A stretch of DNA of 63,355 nucleotides, filler included, from 6 parts of 6 records of this genome joined end to end with filler, not necessarily neighbours in it; one strand, 5' to 3'; positions 21,379 to 33,336 are shown, numbered from the whole stretch's first letter. Notes: a model not told the origin generated them from the sequence alone. Translations and numbers: made by a program.

Positions 21379-21423
21379 GGCCTCTATTTTTTATTTCTTA
21401 TTTCAAATTCTTTAAAAAGAGCA

Positions 21424-22599
21424 TTATTCCTGCTCATAGTTTGCATTGAGCTTTATAAAAATCACCATTCTGTTTTCTACATATTCTGTAGCACCCAGTA
21501 ACCCAAATCCACCATCATTGGTTTGAATCACCTTATTAATCCATTCATCAGCAGAACTCCCAAAGGTATTTTCTACTGCCACATCACCTTGAGATGTAAT
21601 ATTTAGCACATATGCATCACGATTCCCTTCACCATAGCTTTCTGATGAACCAGCGATTGAATAGGTGCCATCCTCATTCACAAACACTGATTTACCAATC
21701 TCTTCAGCGCTGCCACCATAAGTTTTTTGCCATTCAACATCACGAATAGAAATGCCTGTTTTTACGACAAAAACATCATTTTCATTATTACTTGCATTTT
21801 GTGTTGTTCCAATAAAAATATAACCATCTTCCGTTTTGGCTACTTCATTTCCAACATCATCACCAGAACCTTCATAGGTATAGGTATCAACCAGGTTTCC
21901 AAATTGATTTATTTCGATGGCTGCCATATTAGTTCCAGTTTGTCCGGCTTCAGTAAAACCATATGATCCGGTTATTAAGAACCCTCCACTATGGCTCTGA
22001 CAGATATCTGTTATTTCATCAACAGAACTTGTTCCATAGCGCCTGGTCCACAAGCTATCTCCTTCTGAATTAAATTTGTGCAAATACACATCTTTATTCC
22101 CTTGAATATCAGTACTTCCTCCTACCAAATATCCTCCATCATCAGTCATACAAAGTGACCTACCATATTGATTTGCAGCACCGCCCGAATATTTCTTCCA
22201 TTGTAACTGGCCCTGTGCATTTAATTTTCCCAATACAATATCATACGTTAATTGTGTTGGATTGATACCAGAACCGACCCAAATAATGGTATTATCATCA
22301 TTTACTATAAAACTTTCTATTGATAAGTTCAATGTATCGATACTTTCGTATTCCCAGGTTACCTCGCCATATTCATTTAGTTTAAATATCTTTCCCCCCT
22401 GTACTTCATCTTGATTGGTGAAAACTGAGGCCACCAGGTAACCATTATCATCCAATTGTTGAACATACAAACCTTCATCCTGATATGCATCACCATAGAA
22501 TCTCATAAACGACTCTTTTTTGGCTGTTTCTCCGCTATCATCTGTACAGGAGAAAACCATTATTGTAAGTATTGTAAGTATTAATAGCTTTCTCATCAT
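21424..22599 (-). CDS. Lipoprotein with beta-propeller-like repeats
   Basis: Lipobox MVFSC and repeated W...YGG....G......DGGY...G units. Confidence 0.75.
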   Translation of the reverse strand: MMRKLLILTILTIMVFSCTDDSGETAKKESFMRFYGDAYQDEGLYVQQLDDNGYLVASVFTNQDEVQGGKIFKLNEYGEVTWEYESIDTLNLSIESFIVNDDNTIIWVGSGINPTQLTYDIVLGKLNAQGQLQWKKYSGGAANQYGRSLCMTDDGGYLVGGSTDIQGNKDVYLHKFNSEGDSLWTRRYGTSSVDEITDICQSHSGGFLITGSYGFTEAGQTGTNMAAIEINQFGNLVDTYTYEGSGDDVGNEVAKTEDGYIFIGTTQNASNNENDVFVVKTGISIRDVEWQKTYGGSAEEIGKSVFVNEDGTYSIAGSSESYGEGNRDAYVLNITSQGDVAVENTFGSSADEWINKVIQTNDGGFGLLGATEYVENRMVIFIKLNANYEQE

Positions 22600-23654
22600 T
22601 GTTTTGGTTTTGGTTTATAAAGCATTCTTGTATATCCGAATGAGAAAGAAAGATTGTTCAATCTAAAATCGTCATCCAGGTAATAATAAACATATTGCAA
22701 TTCAGGATTATCATATCGTGTTTCAGTATTAACATGATTTAAAAACCCTATCTGATATCCCGCATTAAAAAATAAATACCCTTCACGAATTTTATATCTC
22801 ACACCTATTTGAGTAATCAAGGACAAATCTACCTTATTTCTGTAGGGCAGTAAATCGATATCTGATCCAGTGATATCATCATTACTATTATTGGTATATG
22901 CCCTCTTTGGTGTAGCTTGGTCATTAAGCAAAAAAGAAGTGGATAATCCAAGGTTAATAAATGGATGCCAATTACCAAATTGATATACAAATGTTCCACT
23001 AACTGGAATAGAAAGTCGGGATTGTCGCTCAATTAAAGATGCTTTTGAAAAGCCAAATGCCTCACTGTCATATTCAAAAGTAAATCGCTCTAAAGCAACA
23101 CCCAAACTGGCATCAAAATATTTATGCAGCGGTCTGCTAAACAGGAGCCCAACATGAAAACCAGGGATTCCGTATTCATAGCTTTGATCGTCTTCATCAT
23201 TCAAACTATAAGATTGAATTACAGAAATATTTGAGAAGTTTATACCAGCATAGGCTCCAATAGAAATAAATGGTAAAGTTTCAAATTTATCATGTAGCCA
23301 GAGAAAATCAGCTCCATCTATATTCTTTTCAGGCATATACTCTGGATAATCCTGAAGAAAATTTAACATTACACCAGCGGCATTCTTCATATCCTGATTA
23401 AATAGATATGATTTTATTATCAGCTTGTAAGCTCTAATTTTTTCTTCTTTTGTAAAGCCCCGGTTTAGACATGATTCAAGCATTGCCGGAATTTCTTCAA
23501 TAACCCCATTTTCATACATTGACTCTGCTTCTCTCAATGTATTAGTGCAATTATTCTGTGCAAAAGAAGTATTTATTACACCTGCGATCAATATCAAGAA
23601 AGCAAGTATATTAAACTTTTTGCTGTACCATTTTTTATTTTGACTAATATTCAT
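22596..23654 (-). CDS. Outer-membrane beta-barrel protein (PorT/OMP_b-brl-like) with N-terminal helical domain
   Basis: Signal peptide, alternating amphipathic strands, terminal LSFSFGY. 4-bp overlap with the next gene. Confidence 0.65.
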   Translation of the reverse strand: MNISQNKKWYSKKFNILAFLILIAGVINTSFAQNNCTNTLREAESMYENGVIEEIPAMLESCLNRGFTKEEKIRAYKLIIKSYLFNQDMKNAAGVMLNFLQDYPEYMPEKNIDGADFLWLHDKFETLPFISIGAYAGINFSNISVIQSYSLNDEDDQSYEYGIPGFHVGLLFSRPLHKYFDASLGVALERFTFEYDSEAFGFSKASLIERQSRLSIPVSGTFVYQFGNWHPFINLGLSTSFLLNDQATPKRAYTNNSNDDITGSDIDLLPYRNKVDLSLITQIGVRYKIREGYLFFNAGYQIGFLNHVNTETRYDNPELQYVYYYLDDDFRLNNLSFSFGYTRMLYKPKPKQ

Positions 23655-23675
23655 TGTCCTTGATTTATGCAGTCA

Positions 23676-25596
23676 TTACTGTTTATAAGCTTCAAGCGTT
23701 TTCACGTAAGGGATATCTTTTCCAACATACGTACTCCACTCTTTTTCACTGAAATTACGATTTAACTTAGGGAATAACTTTTCAGCCATATCCTCAGAAT
23801 AAATGTCCCATTTTTTTATATTGGAATCCACATACGAAGTATAAAGTGCTGTATTTTCAGGATTAAAGGCTAAGGACATTCCCCAGGAACTATAATCATT
23901 TATAACTATTGGTGTTTTATCAAAGTTTTCTGTAAAATACAACCTTGCAGTTCCATCAAAACCAACAGAGGCCAGTATTTGGTCGTCTTTGTTGAATTTT
24001 AAATCAGTGATGCGGGCATTATGAGCATTAATTTCTTTGGGTGTCTCTGTATTTTCTTTATCAAAAATGAGTATGCTACCTTTTTTATCACCCAATGCGA
24101 TTATTTCGCCATCAGTACTTATTGCACATGAATACAAAGGCTTATCACCACTATATAGTACTTTTGTAGACTTATCCTTTAAATTATAGATTTTAGCTTT
24201 TTTATCGTTAGTAACATATAGGATAGATTCTTTATCGGGCATAATTGCAGCATCCCATATTTGGGTATCCTCCATTATTTTGTCATTTCTTCCTGAAACA
24301 ATGTCACGAATAATAATGGAGCCATCAGAACTTGAAGACATTAATGTCTCATTATCAATAAATTCAAGCGAATTAATGATATTATTATGGCTATAAAGAG
24401 TTGAGTTGGTAAAATCACCTATTGAAAATAAATTTACTTCAAACTGGTCATTAGCCATTACCATGGTATTTCCATCAGGGCTAATGGCAATCTTTCTTAA
24501 AATTTCATCTCCAGAATATATTGATTGATTTTCAATCATATCGTTTTCAAACTTCCACCTAAATATTGATCCATCGCTGCCTGCACTATAAAGAACTTTA
24601 GATTCACCAGGGGCAAATTGTAAACTTCTAACTGCATCTGTATGGCCACGCAATGAATTAAACTCTTCACCATCTTTCGCTTTAGTGGCATAATAAAGAC
24701 CATCATAAATATCGGGATTGAACTTATCACCTCCATATTCTTTATTAAACTCATATGCCTGATAAGCCAGTAAAGCTTTTAAATCGTCATTTTCCTCTAT
24801 TTGAACTGATTTGACAGCCATTGAGCGTGCAATAGAGAGCATACGAAGCTGTTGTGTTTCTTTCTCAGCTTGTTCTGCTTTATTCTTCTCTTCAAGGGCT
24901 TCTTTTGATCGTTTATCGGCAATTTCTCTCTGCTTTTGAGCTTCAGCAGTTTTTTGAAAAGCAATAGACTCCTGACGCTTAGCCTCTGCCAGGCTAGCCT
25001 CTGCCAATTGCTTTTGCCTCTCAGCAATTTTAGTTTGCTCTCTGGCCTCTTTCTCTTTATCTAAGGCAATTTGCCTTTGCTCATCGGCTTCACGTTGCTT
25101 TTGCAAAGCCAGCTCCTTTTGCGCATCAGCTTCTTTTTTCTGTTTTTCAGCTTCCTCACGCTGCTGCTCAGCAATAATTCTTTGTTTATTGGACTCTGCC
25201 TGCATGGTAATGGCATAAACCATAAATCCGAGAGAAATTACTGCTGCAGTACCTAGTACAATAGCAAAAATACGACTTCTGCGTAAGGCTTTCTTTTGTA
25301 ATCGGACCTTATTTTCTTCTTCTGCAAGGTGAGCTTTTTCACTGGTTTCAAGGTAAATCATAGCCCGCTCGAAAGCAGGTGAAAAACGCTGTGCCCAGGT
25401 TAGGGTTGGTTTCTTTTCTTTACGCCAATTGAGTGCTAACTGTAGATCTGGTGGACGCCACAATCCAATTTTACCCTCTTGATACATAGCAGCTGCTTCA
25501 GATAATCGCAAATACATCTGAATTGCAATTGCTTCCTCTTCAACCCAAACCTTCAATTTATCCCAAATCCGCATTAAACTCTCATGAGAAATATCA
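23676..25596 (-). CDS. WD40-repeat protein with TM helix and coiled coil, probably the C-terminal part of an nSTAND-type NTPase, 5'-truncated
   Basis: Frame is open to the contig edge (DISHESLMRIW). TM segment IFAIVLGTAAVISLGFMVYA, E/K/Q/A coiled coil, GH...V..L.F / AH...ITDLKF WD40 repeats. Confidence 0.75.
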
Positions 25597-25696
25597 NNNN
25601 NNNNNNNNNNNNNNNNNNNNNNNNNNNNNNNNNNNNNNNNTTAATTAATTAANNNNNNNNNNNNNNNNNNNNNNNNNNNNNNNNNNNNNNNNNNNN
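25597..25696. other. Artificial contig linker
   Basis: 44 N + TTAATTAATTAA + 44 N. Confidence 0.97.
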
Positions 25697-26288
25697 GCAC
25701 TTTATTCTTTACACAAACGGCAACCTTGAGGCAGGCGATGAAGTGGGTATTTTTGATGGTGATGTGTGTGTGGGTGCATCCGTTTTTGATGGCAACACGG
25801 AAAATATGACCATCACCGTAACATCGATGGACGACCCGGATAGTGAAGAAATTGATGGTTATATTTCAGGGAATAATTTCGAAGTGAAAGTTTGGAAATC
25901 CGGTGTGGTGTATGACGAAGTAGAGATTGAAACGCTAACCGGCCCGGAAACCTTTACCCCGCTGGAAAGTTATATCGGCAACATAACCGAAACGATTACC
26001 GGCATTGGTGAAAGCAGCTCACAATCTGCAAATCTGGAAATCTACCCCAATCCTGCTAGGGATTTAATAAACATCTCCCTTTATACCGAAAAATCAGTCA
26101 ATACAAGCCTTGGCCTTTATCGTCTTGATGGAACTCTTGTAAGAGATATTTATGATGGTACAATTATGAGTGGAAATCAGAGCATCAAAGCAGGGCTAAA
26201 CGGCATTGCTCCGGGTGTTTACATTTTAAAAACCACCTTTGACGAAAATTTGGAAAACACACAAATTAAAAAGCTCGTTATCAGATAA
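25697..26288 (+). CDS. C-terminal fragment of a T9SS type A sorting domain protein
   Basis: IYPNPA...GVYIL.....KKLVIR C-terminal domain. 5' end is lost at the linker. Confidence 0.8.
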
Positions 26289-26400
26289 CCTGAATAATTT
26301 CGATGACAGATGGGCTTCTATCCTGTGATTTTTTTATTGATCGCAGTGTAAATTCTCCGGAAGAAACAACCTCAGCCATGGGAACATTCATGATGTGAGA

Positions 26401-29400
26401 CTAAAGATATTTTGAAATTGTTTCGTAAAACACCTGGTTGTTGATGGGCTTGGTGATGTAATCGTCGCAACCGGCTTCTTCGGCACGTTCTTTATCGCCA
26501 ACCATAGCATAAGCTGTAACTGCAACTACCGGGAGGTCGCTGCGCATCTCTTTAATTTCTTTGGTTGCTTCATAGCCATTTAAAACCGGCATATTGATAT
26601 CCATCAAAACCAGTTTGATATCCGGATTTGATTTAATTGCATTGACCGACTCTTCACCATTTTTTGCCCTGATCACTTCAATTTGCCGCCGTGTAAGCAA
26701 TAACTTAAAGAGATGAAAATTGGTATCATCGTCTTCGGCAACCAATACTGTTACACCATTCATGGTTCTTACCTTGGGTTTCAGATGTTTATTAAATCTT
26801 TCGATGGTTCGGGCGGCACCGGCTTTCAATGGCAACTCAAAATAAAATGTTGAGCCCTTGCCAGGTTCAGATTCAAGCCAGATGCGGCCTCCCATCATAA
26901 TAATCAGTTTTTTTGATATCGACAATCCCAGGCCTGTACCCTCAAACTCGCGTGTACTGGAATCATCAACCTGCCTGAAAAGTTCAAAGATAATATTATG
27001 TTTATCTTTAGGAATACCAATTCCGGTATCTTTAACATATAGCAACACCTGGTCAGGAGCACTTGTTTTAGCCCCCCCGTCAATTCCAATTTCAACATGT
27101 CCGTTTTTGGTAAACTTCAGGGCATTTTTAATGAGATGTCCGAGTATCTTGTTCACCTTCCTTACGTCACCTGAAAATTTACTTCCTTTCAGGCCATCAG
27201 AAATTGTCGTGCGGATATCAATGTTTTCCTTACCCAATTCAAAACGGTATTGCTGCGCAAAATTGATAAGTCCATCCATAAGTTCGTCAACTGAAAAGCG
27301 CTCAACAACCAGTTTAACCTCGCCGCTATCAATAAGACTGATATCCAAAATATCTTCAATAATAGAAAGCAGGTGCTTTCCACTTTTGGAAATTACCTGT
27401 GTAAATTCCAAAATTTGATCCATGGGCATGGAATCCTCAATCATATCAGAAAAACCAATTACAGTGTTCAACGGGGTACGAAGTTCGTGTGACATGGTTG
27501 CCATAAACGAGCTCTTGAGCCGGTCGCTTTGCTCAGCCCTCTGCTTTGCGGAGAGCAGATTTTCTTCATACTCCCGCTGTGCACTAACATCTTCAACAAT
27601 ACCAATACCATCCATAAATTCCCCGGAATCGCTGTATATGGTTTTGAAAAATGCCCTTACCGGTGAGGTTTTGTTACCGGTAACTGACGTGTAATCACCT
27701 TCGTAAGTACCAGATCCACTTTTAATAGCTTGTTGGATTACTTTTTTCAATGCTTTGTTTTCAAGTCTTTCAAGCATATTAAAGCCCAACAATGCCTCAC
27801 GATTGGATCCGATAATGTTCACAAAATGCTCATTGCAATCAATGATTACACCGTTGCTGTTGAAGTTAAACACACCAAGTGGTGTATTCAGAAAAATGGT
27901 TTTATATTTTTCTTCATTCTGCTTTTTGTCTTCCTCAATCCTTTTTGTATGTGTGATATCCCGCACAACGCTCAGTACAGTAGTTTCAGAAGCCTTAACC
28001 ATTCTTGCATCAAAGTAGATTCGCTCTTCCGGAGTATCAACATGATAGTTATATAGTTGCATTTCACCAGTTTCGAAAGTCTTATCAATTTTTTGCCTGG
28101 TGATTTCTGCAATGTAGCCGGGTAGCACATCATCTATCTTTCTATTCAAAAATTTTTCTGGTGGAGTGATTAACTGATTTTGCGATGAAGCATGGTACTC
28201 AAGGAAAACCCCGTCCTTATCCAGGATAAACAATAAATCAGGCAGGGCATTGAGCAGGGACGACACCCTTGATTCAGAATTTTTCAGATCTTCCTGAATT
28301 TTTACCCTTTCCGAAATATCCCTTGAAACAGACAATGCAAGTATTTCTCCGTCAATAACTATTTTTTGTACCACAACTTCTGTCCATATCAATGTACCAT
28401 CCTTGCAACGCTTCTGTTCAGTCAGCTCAATTTTATCATCGCTTTTCAACTTTTGCTCACGCTCATAGGTCTGACCCTCTTTAATGTTCACCACAGAAAT
28501 ATCCCTGAGCACGTTCATGCCCAACAATTCATCGCGGCTATATCCTGTTTGCTGCACCGCGGCTGCATTCACGTCCAGGATCTCACCGGATTTCTCCCCG
28601 ATACCCGTCATAAAAACGGCATCCGGAATATCATTAAAGAGGTCCTTAAATTTGCGCTCACTTTCAGCCAGGGCATTTTCTGCCTTCTTAAGATCAGAAA
28701 TATCCATTGCTGCCTCAACTATACCAATAATTTTCCCGGTGTTATCCACCATCGGGCTGGAATAAATACGGTAATCTCCGGATTTATAGATCGCATCTTG
28801 AGGCGATGAATGTCGGATCATGGTTTTTCCGGTAGTTATTACCTGTCTCCAAACGCAGTCTTCTCCAGGCTCCCGGTTACATTTGAATACCTCGTGGCAT
28901 TTTTTCCCAAGTATTTCCGACGAATTGCCCAGGTTATGAATTCGTTGCAGACGTTTATTGAGATTAATGACATTGAGCTGACTGTCGATCACCAGCACAC
29001 CACCCGGAATAGCGTCAAAGACCGTTTGCATGGAGTTCAGTGCCATTGCCAGGTTTTCACGGGCCTCAACTTCAGCAGATATATCAATCATGGCAAGCCT
29101 GCACCTCATTGTGTTGCCGGTAGTATCAGGAAAAAACATGATTCGTAGGGTAACTGCATTTAAGGTGAATTCCTTATTTACAACTTTGGTGTGTTTTATG
29201 GTATCTTTTATTGAAGCTGAAAAGGCTGCCTTTTGATTATCATCGATAAAACTCAGGAAATATTTCCCTAAAACAGCATCTTTTTGGGAACCAAGCATTT
29301 TTGCAGCTGTAAAGTTCAGTTCCCTGACCAAACCTTCGTTACTCAGGATCAGGTAGCCAACAGGGCCATTTTCGAACAGGTTAAAATATTGCTGAGCCGA

Positions 29401-31056
29401 CTTTTCAACCTCCTGCCTGGCTATCAACAATTCTTCGTTTTGCAACTTAAGTTCCTGATCCTGTTGATTTAGGTCTTCAAGTATTTTATTCTTTTCAAGT
29501 TCAGTTACCTTTCGTCGGGTAATATTTCTGGCTATTCCTTGCAATCCCTTGATTTTGCCATTCTCGTCATATGTAAAACCAGCAGTTATTTCAACCCAAA
29601 CGGCCTCTCCATTTTTATGCCTGCCCTTAAGTTCCAGCTGAATAAAATTAAATTTTTCACCCTTTTTGTTTCCCTTTATCCTTTTATCAACCTCATTTTT
29701 TAAAAGCGTGAACGATTCATCACCAAACACGTCCCGCATGCCCTTTTTCATCCTTTCTTCACGGGTATAGCCAAACAGCTTTTCTGTTGACCGGCTGATG
29801 TAGGTCAGGTTTAGGTTCAGGTCACTCGACCACAAAACTTCTACTGAATTTTCGACAAGAGCCCTGAACTTTTGCTCACTTTTATCCAGCAGATCTTTTG
29901 CCCTTTTTATCCTCACTGAGCGCAAATACACAAGGACAATTACTGTGATGAGCAGAAAGATTAACACAATGTGAAAAATCTTCATATTTCGAGCCTGTAT
30001 CAATTCCAGGTCTTCGATCTGTGTTTGTTTTTTCTGGTTTTCAAGAAAAAGTTTATGCTCATTAAAGTGCATGGCATCATCCAGTTCAACAATGCTATCA
30101 TTATATGCCTTAAATTTTTTGTAATAGTCCCAGGCTAAATCGTAATTTTTAATCCCAAAATGTAAATCTGCCAATAGCTCAGTGGCTTCGAAGGCGAGAT
30201 GTTTGTAACCATGTACTTCAGCCAGGACCAGGCAACTATCCAGATAGCGAATAGCAGACATGGTATCTGCCTGTAAAATCGTGAGTTGAGCAAGGTTGTT
30301 GTAGTTTTTAGCGATATACATGGTGCTCCCGGATTGCCTGGAAAGCCTTTCAACGGTTGAGAAAAGCCGGCGGGCAGAATCGAAATTTCCCTGAATTTTT
30401 TGCAATATTGCCATATTGGCCAACACAATAATTATTTCCCGGGTGTTTCCCAACTTCTGCCTGATTTCAAGGCTTTTTTGATAATATTCGGCTGCTTCCT
30501 GATAATTTCCGAGATTTTTTGAGATCATTCCCAGCGTATTTGTTGCATAGGCTATCGAAAGCGAATCTTTTTCTTCATCGAAATCTTGCAGCGCGTCAAG
30601 GGCATATTTCCTGGCATCCTCATTTTTTGATAACTCTTTAAGGGCAACAGCGGCATTTAAAGATGCCGATCCCACAATATCCGGACGGTCGTAAATTTCA
30701 GCGAGTGTAATTGCATTTAATGCATAGGACAGGGATTTGTTAAAAAATTCCAGTTTGATGTAAATTGCGCTTAGTGATAGTAAATGTTTATTATAAAACA
30801 ATGAGGTTGTGTCGTCAGCATACAAGGTACCTGCAAACAGCATATGGTCTTCAGCCAAATTGAAGTCTTGCTGATAAAAATACGATTCAGAAATTTTCCG
30901 GTGTATGGCAGCTTTTTCGTGTGGATCTGTCAACTGATCCAACACTGAGGTTAAACTATCAGGATTATGCCCTTGCAGGTTGAAGTTTCCAAAACACAAA
31001 ATAAACATCAACAATAAAAATTGCAGTTGTTTCAGCCTTAGCCAAGAATTATCCAT
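26401..31056 (-). CDS. Hybrid histidine kinase: TPR sensor region, TM, multiple PAS domains, HisKA, HATPase, receiver
   Basis: TPR-like helices, TM IFHIVLIFLLITVIVLVYL, several PAS/PAC ends (ARNIT, SRDIS, VRDIT, VEDVS), SHELRTPLN, NALKFT, DTGIG, GTGLGL, LMDINMP. Confidence 0.9.
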   Translation of the reverse strand: MDNSWLRLKQLQFLLLMFILCFGNFNLQGHNPDSLTSVLDQLTDPHEKAAIHRKISESYFYQQDFNLAEDHMLFAGTLYADDTTSLFYNKHLLSLSAIYIKLEFFNKSLSYALNAITLAEIYDRPDIVGSASLNAAVALKELSKNEDARKYALDALQDFDEEKDSLSIAYATNTLGMISKNLGNYQEAAEYYQKSLEIRQKLGNTREIIIVLANMAILQKIQGNFDSARRLFSTVERLSRQSGSTMYIAKNYNNLAQLTILQADTMSAIRYLDSCLVLAEVHGYKHLAFEATELLADLHFGIKNYDLAWDYYKKFKAYNDSIVELDDAMHFNEHKLFLENQKKQTQIEDLELIQARNMKIFHIVLIFLLITVIVLVYLRSVRIKRAKDLLDKSEQKFRALVENSVEVLWSSDLNLNLTYISRSTEKLFGYTREERMKKGMRDVFGDESFTLLKNEVDKRIKGNKKGEKFNFIQLELKGRHKNGEAVWVEITAGFTYDENGKIKGLQGIARNITRRKVTELEKNKILEDLNQQDQELKLQNEELLIARQEVEKSAQQYFNLFENGPVGYLILSNEGLVRELNFTAAKMLGSQKDAVLGKYFLSFIDDNQKAAFSASIKDTIKHTKVVNKEFTLNAVTLRIMFFPDTTGNTMRCRLAMIDISAEVEARENLAMALNSMQTVFDAIPGGVLVIDSQLNVINLNKRLQRIHNLGNSSEILGKKCHEVFKCNREPGEDCVWRQVITTGKTMIRHSSPQDAIYKSGDYRIYSSPMVDNTGKIIGIVEAAMDISDLKKAENALAESERKFKDLFNDIPDAVFMTGIGEKSGEILDVNAAAVQQTGYSRDELLGMNVLRDISVVNIKEGQTYEREQKLKSDDKIELTEQKRCKDGTLIWTEVVVQKIVIDGEILALSVSRDISERVKIQEDLKNSESRVSSLLNALPDLLFILDKDGVFLEYHASSQNQLITPPEKFLNRKIDDVLPGYIAEITRQKIDKTFETGEMQLYNYHVDTPEERIYFDARMVKASETTVLSVVRDITHTKRIEEDKKQNEEKYKTIFLNTPLGVFNFNSNGVIIDCNEHFVNIIGSNREALLGFNMLERLENKALKKVIQQAIKSGSGTYEGDYTSVTGNKTSPVRAFFKTIYSDSGEFMDGIGIVEDVSAQREYEENLLSAKQRAEQSDRLKSSFMATMSHELRTPLNTVIGFSDMIEDSMPMDQILEFTQVISKSGKHLLSIIEDILDISLIDSGEVKLVVERFSVDELMDGLINFAQQYRFELGKENIDIRTTISDGLKGSKFSGDVRKVNKILGHLIKNALKFTKNGHVEIGIDGGAKTSAPDQVLLYVKDTGIGIPKDKHNIIFELFRQVDDSSTREFEGTGLGLSISKKLIIMMGGRIWLESEPGKGSTFYFELPLKAGAARTIERFNKHLKPKVRTMNGVTVLVAEDDDTNFHLFKLLLTRRQIEVIRAKNGEESVNAIKSNPDIKLVLMDINMPVLNGYEATKEIKEMRSDLPVVAVTAYAMVGDKERAEEAGCDDYITKPINNQVFYETISKYL

Positions 31057-31683
31057 TTCCCCTTTTGTTTAAAACAAATACATCGACGAGCTAAAAATCG
31101 CCAGGTATAATTACACCAATTTATCCTTCAACTTTCGTTTCAGGCCAGGTAAAGTAAAAGTCGTACCCTTTGCACACATTGTTTTGTTGTAAATCAGTAA
31201 CGCTGCAAAAGCAAATGAGCTGCCTCCCGGGCTCCGGAAATTACCCCCATGCTAATTTCAGTAACACTTTTGATTTCAGGTTGAATCGTATACTTCCAAT
31301 TTTTCCCGTCCCAAAATTGCTTTTCCCATTCTAAAAAAATTTCAGCAGGCTGCTCAATTTAACAGTTTCTCCTTTTTAACCCTTCTCACAAAAATATCAC
31401 ATTTTCAAAATAATTAGCTGTCTCAATTGTTAAATTTACACTTAAGGGGCTAATTTGGAATGACACCTAATAAATCCTATGTTCAAAATAGTTGGAACTT
31501 CAACCATTTTTCCGTTTTTGAATCTTCAATTTCCATTTAATGGCGGTTTTATTCAACAATTCTTTTCAAATTAACGAATTTTAAAAAATTACACGAATAC
31601 CCGAAATGTGAAACCTGACAATTAATCTAATTTTGCCCCTTAATAATAATCTTATTATCAGAAACATAAATAAATTCACAAAA

Positions 31684-33312
31684 ATGTCAAACGGAATGTT
31701 TAGTGTACCGAAAGCTGTAAATGAACCGGTATTATCATATGCACCCGGATCTCCGGAACGTGCGGAGGTAAAAGCCATGCTTGCCAGGATGCGCTCGGAA
31801 GTGAAAGATATACCCATGTATATTGGTGGAAAAGAAGTAAGGACCGATGAAAAACTCGAGATAAGGCCACCACACGAATTGAACCACTTGCTGGGATATT
31901 ACTATATGGGCCAACGCGAACATGTGGAACAAGCAATTGATGCCGCCCTTGCTGCCCGAAAAAAATGGCAGGGCCTGAACTGGTATCAGCGTGCCAGTAT
32001 TTTCCTGAAAGCTGCAGATTTGATTTCAGGCTCATACCGGGCAAAAATAAATGCTGCTACTATGCTTGGCCAGAGCAAAAATATATTTCAGGCCGAAATT
32101 GATGCTGCCTGCGAAACCGCTGACTTCCTACGGTTTAATGTACAGTACATGTCGGAAATATATCGTGAACAGCCCATCTCAGGAAAAGGAACCTGGAACA
32201 GAATGGAACAACGGCCTCTGGAGGGTTTTGTTTATGCGCTTACCCCATTCAATTTCACCTCAATAGCTGCAAACCTGCCAACAGCGCCAGCCATGATGGG
32301 CAACGTGGTGGTTTGGAAACCGGCTGCCACCCAGATCTATTCAGCGGCTGTTATTATGGAAGTGCTCAAAGAAGCCGGCCTGCCTGACGGGGTGATCAAT
32401 ATGGTGAACGTGAACGGACCTGTTGGCGGAAAAGTGATGTCGGAACACCCTGATTTTGTTGGAGTACACTTTACAGGCTCAACCCAGGTGTTTAAAAAGG
32501 TGTGGAAAGCCATTGGTGATAACGTTATGATTCACAATACCTACCCAAAAATCGTTGGCGAAACCGGCGGTAAGGACTTTGTGATGGTACATAACTCAGC
32601 CAATCCAAAACATGTGGCTACAGCACTTTCACGGGGCGCTTTCGAGTTCCAGGGGCAGAAATGCTCTGCAGCTTCACGGGCATATATTCCAAAATCCCTG
32701 TGGCCGGAAATTAAAAAACTCCTGATTGACGATCTTCAAACGTTTAAAATGGGCAGTCCGGAAGATTTCAGAAACTTTATTAACGCCGTAATTGATGAGG
32801 CAGCCTTCGAAAAAATCACAGGATTCATCGACCAGGCCATTAAAGACGGACTTGAACTGGTAGCCGGAGGAAAGTACAATAAATCAAAAGGTTACTTTAT
32901 TGAGCCCACTGTTTTGGTCACCAAGGACCCAAAATATACAACCATGCAGGAGGAGATTTTCGGGCCGGTATTAACTATATATGTTTATGATGATGATAAA
33001 TACGAGGAAACGCTTCATCTAGTAGATGAAACTTCGCCTTATGCCCTGACCGGGGCCATTTTTGGCCTGGATCGTTTTGCAGTGAATCTGGCTTCAGAGA
33101 TTCTTGTAAATGCTGCCGGTAACTTTTACATCAACGACAAGCCAACCGGTGCTGTTGTTGGACAGCAGCCATTTGGCGGCGCCAGGGCATCCGGAACAAA
33201 TGACAAATCAGGGTCATATCTCAACCTTTTGAGATGGGTTTCTCCACGGGTAATTAAAGAAAATTTCGACCCTCCGGCTGATTATAGGTATCCATTTATG
33301 GAAGAGGAGTAA
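31684..33312 (+). CDS. pruA: 1-pyrroline-5-carboxylate (L-glutamate gamma-semialdehyde) dehydrogenase
   Basis: NEPVLSYAPGS, PFNFT, FTGST, GETGGK, FQGQKCSA, EEIFGP, QQPFGG. Start moved to the ATG at 31684. Confidence 0.95.
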   Translation: MSNGMFSVPKAVNEPVLSYAPGSPERAEVKAMLARMRSEVKDIPMYIGGKEVRTDEKLEIRPPHELNHLLGYYYMGQREHVEQAIDAALAARKKWQGLNWYQRASIFLKAADLISGSYRAKINAATMLGQSKNIFQAEIDAACETADFLRFNVQYMSEIYREQPISGKGTWNRMEQRPLEGFVYALTPFNFTSIAANLPTAPAMMGNVVVWKPAATQIYSAAVIMEVLKEAGLPDGVINMVNVNGPVGGKVMSEHPDFVGVHFTGSTQVFKKVWKAIGDNVMIHNTYPKIVGETGGKDFVMVHNSANPKHVATALSRGAFEFQGQKCSAASRAYIPKSLWPEIKKLLIDDLQTFKMGSPEDFRNFINAVIDEAAFEKITGFIDQAIKDGLELVAGGKYNKSKGYFIEPTVLVTKDPKYTTMQEEIFGPVLTIYVYDDDKYEETLHLVDETSPYALTGAIFGLDRFAVNLASEILVNAAGNFYINDKPTGAVVGQQPFGGARASGTNDKSGSYLNLLRWVSPRVIKENFDPPADYRYPFMEEE

Positions 33313-33336
33313 AAATTGTTTTGAATCAAACATAGC

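Noticed and set aside
31057-31683. ncRNA or small ORF in the long divergent intergenic region
   Set aside because: No convincing stem set, riboswitch consensus or credible ORF could be identified by eye.
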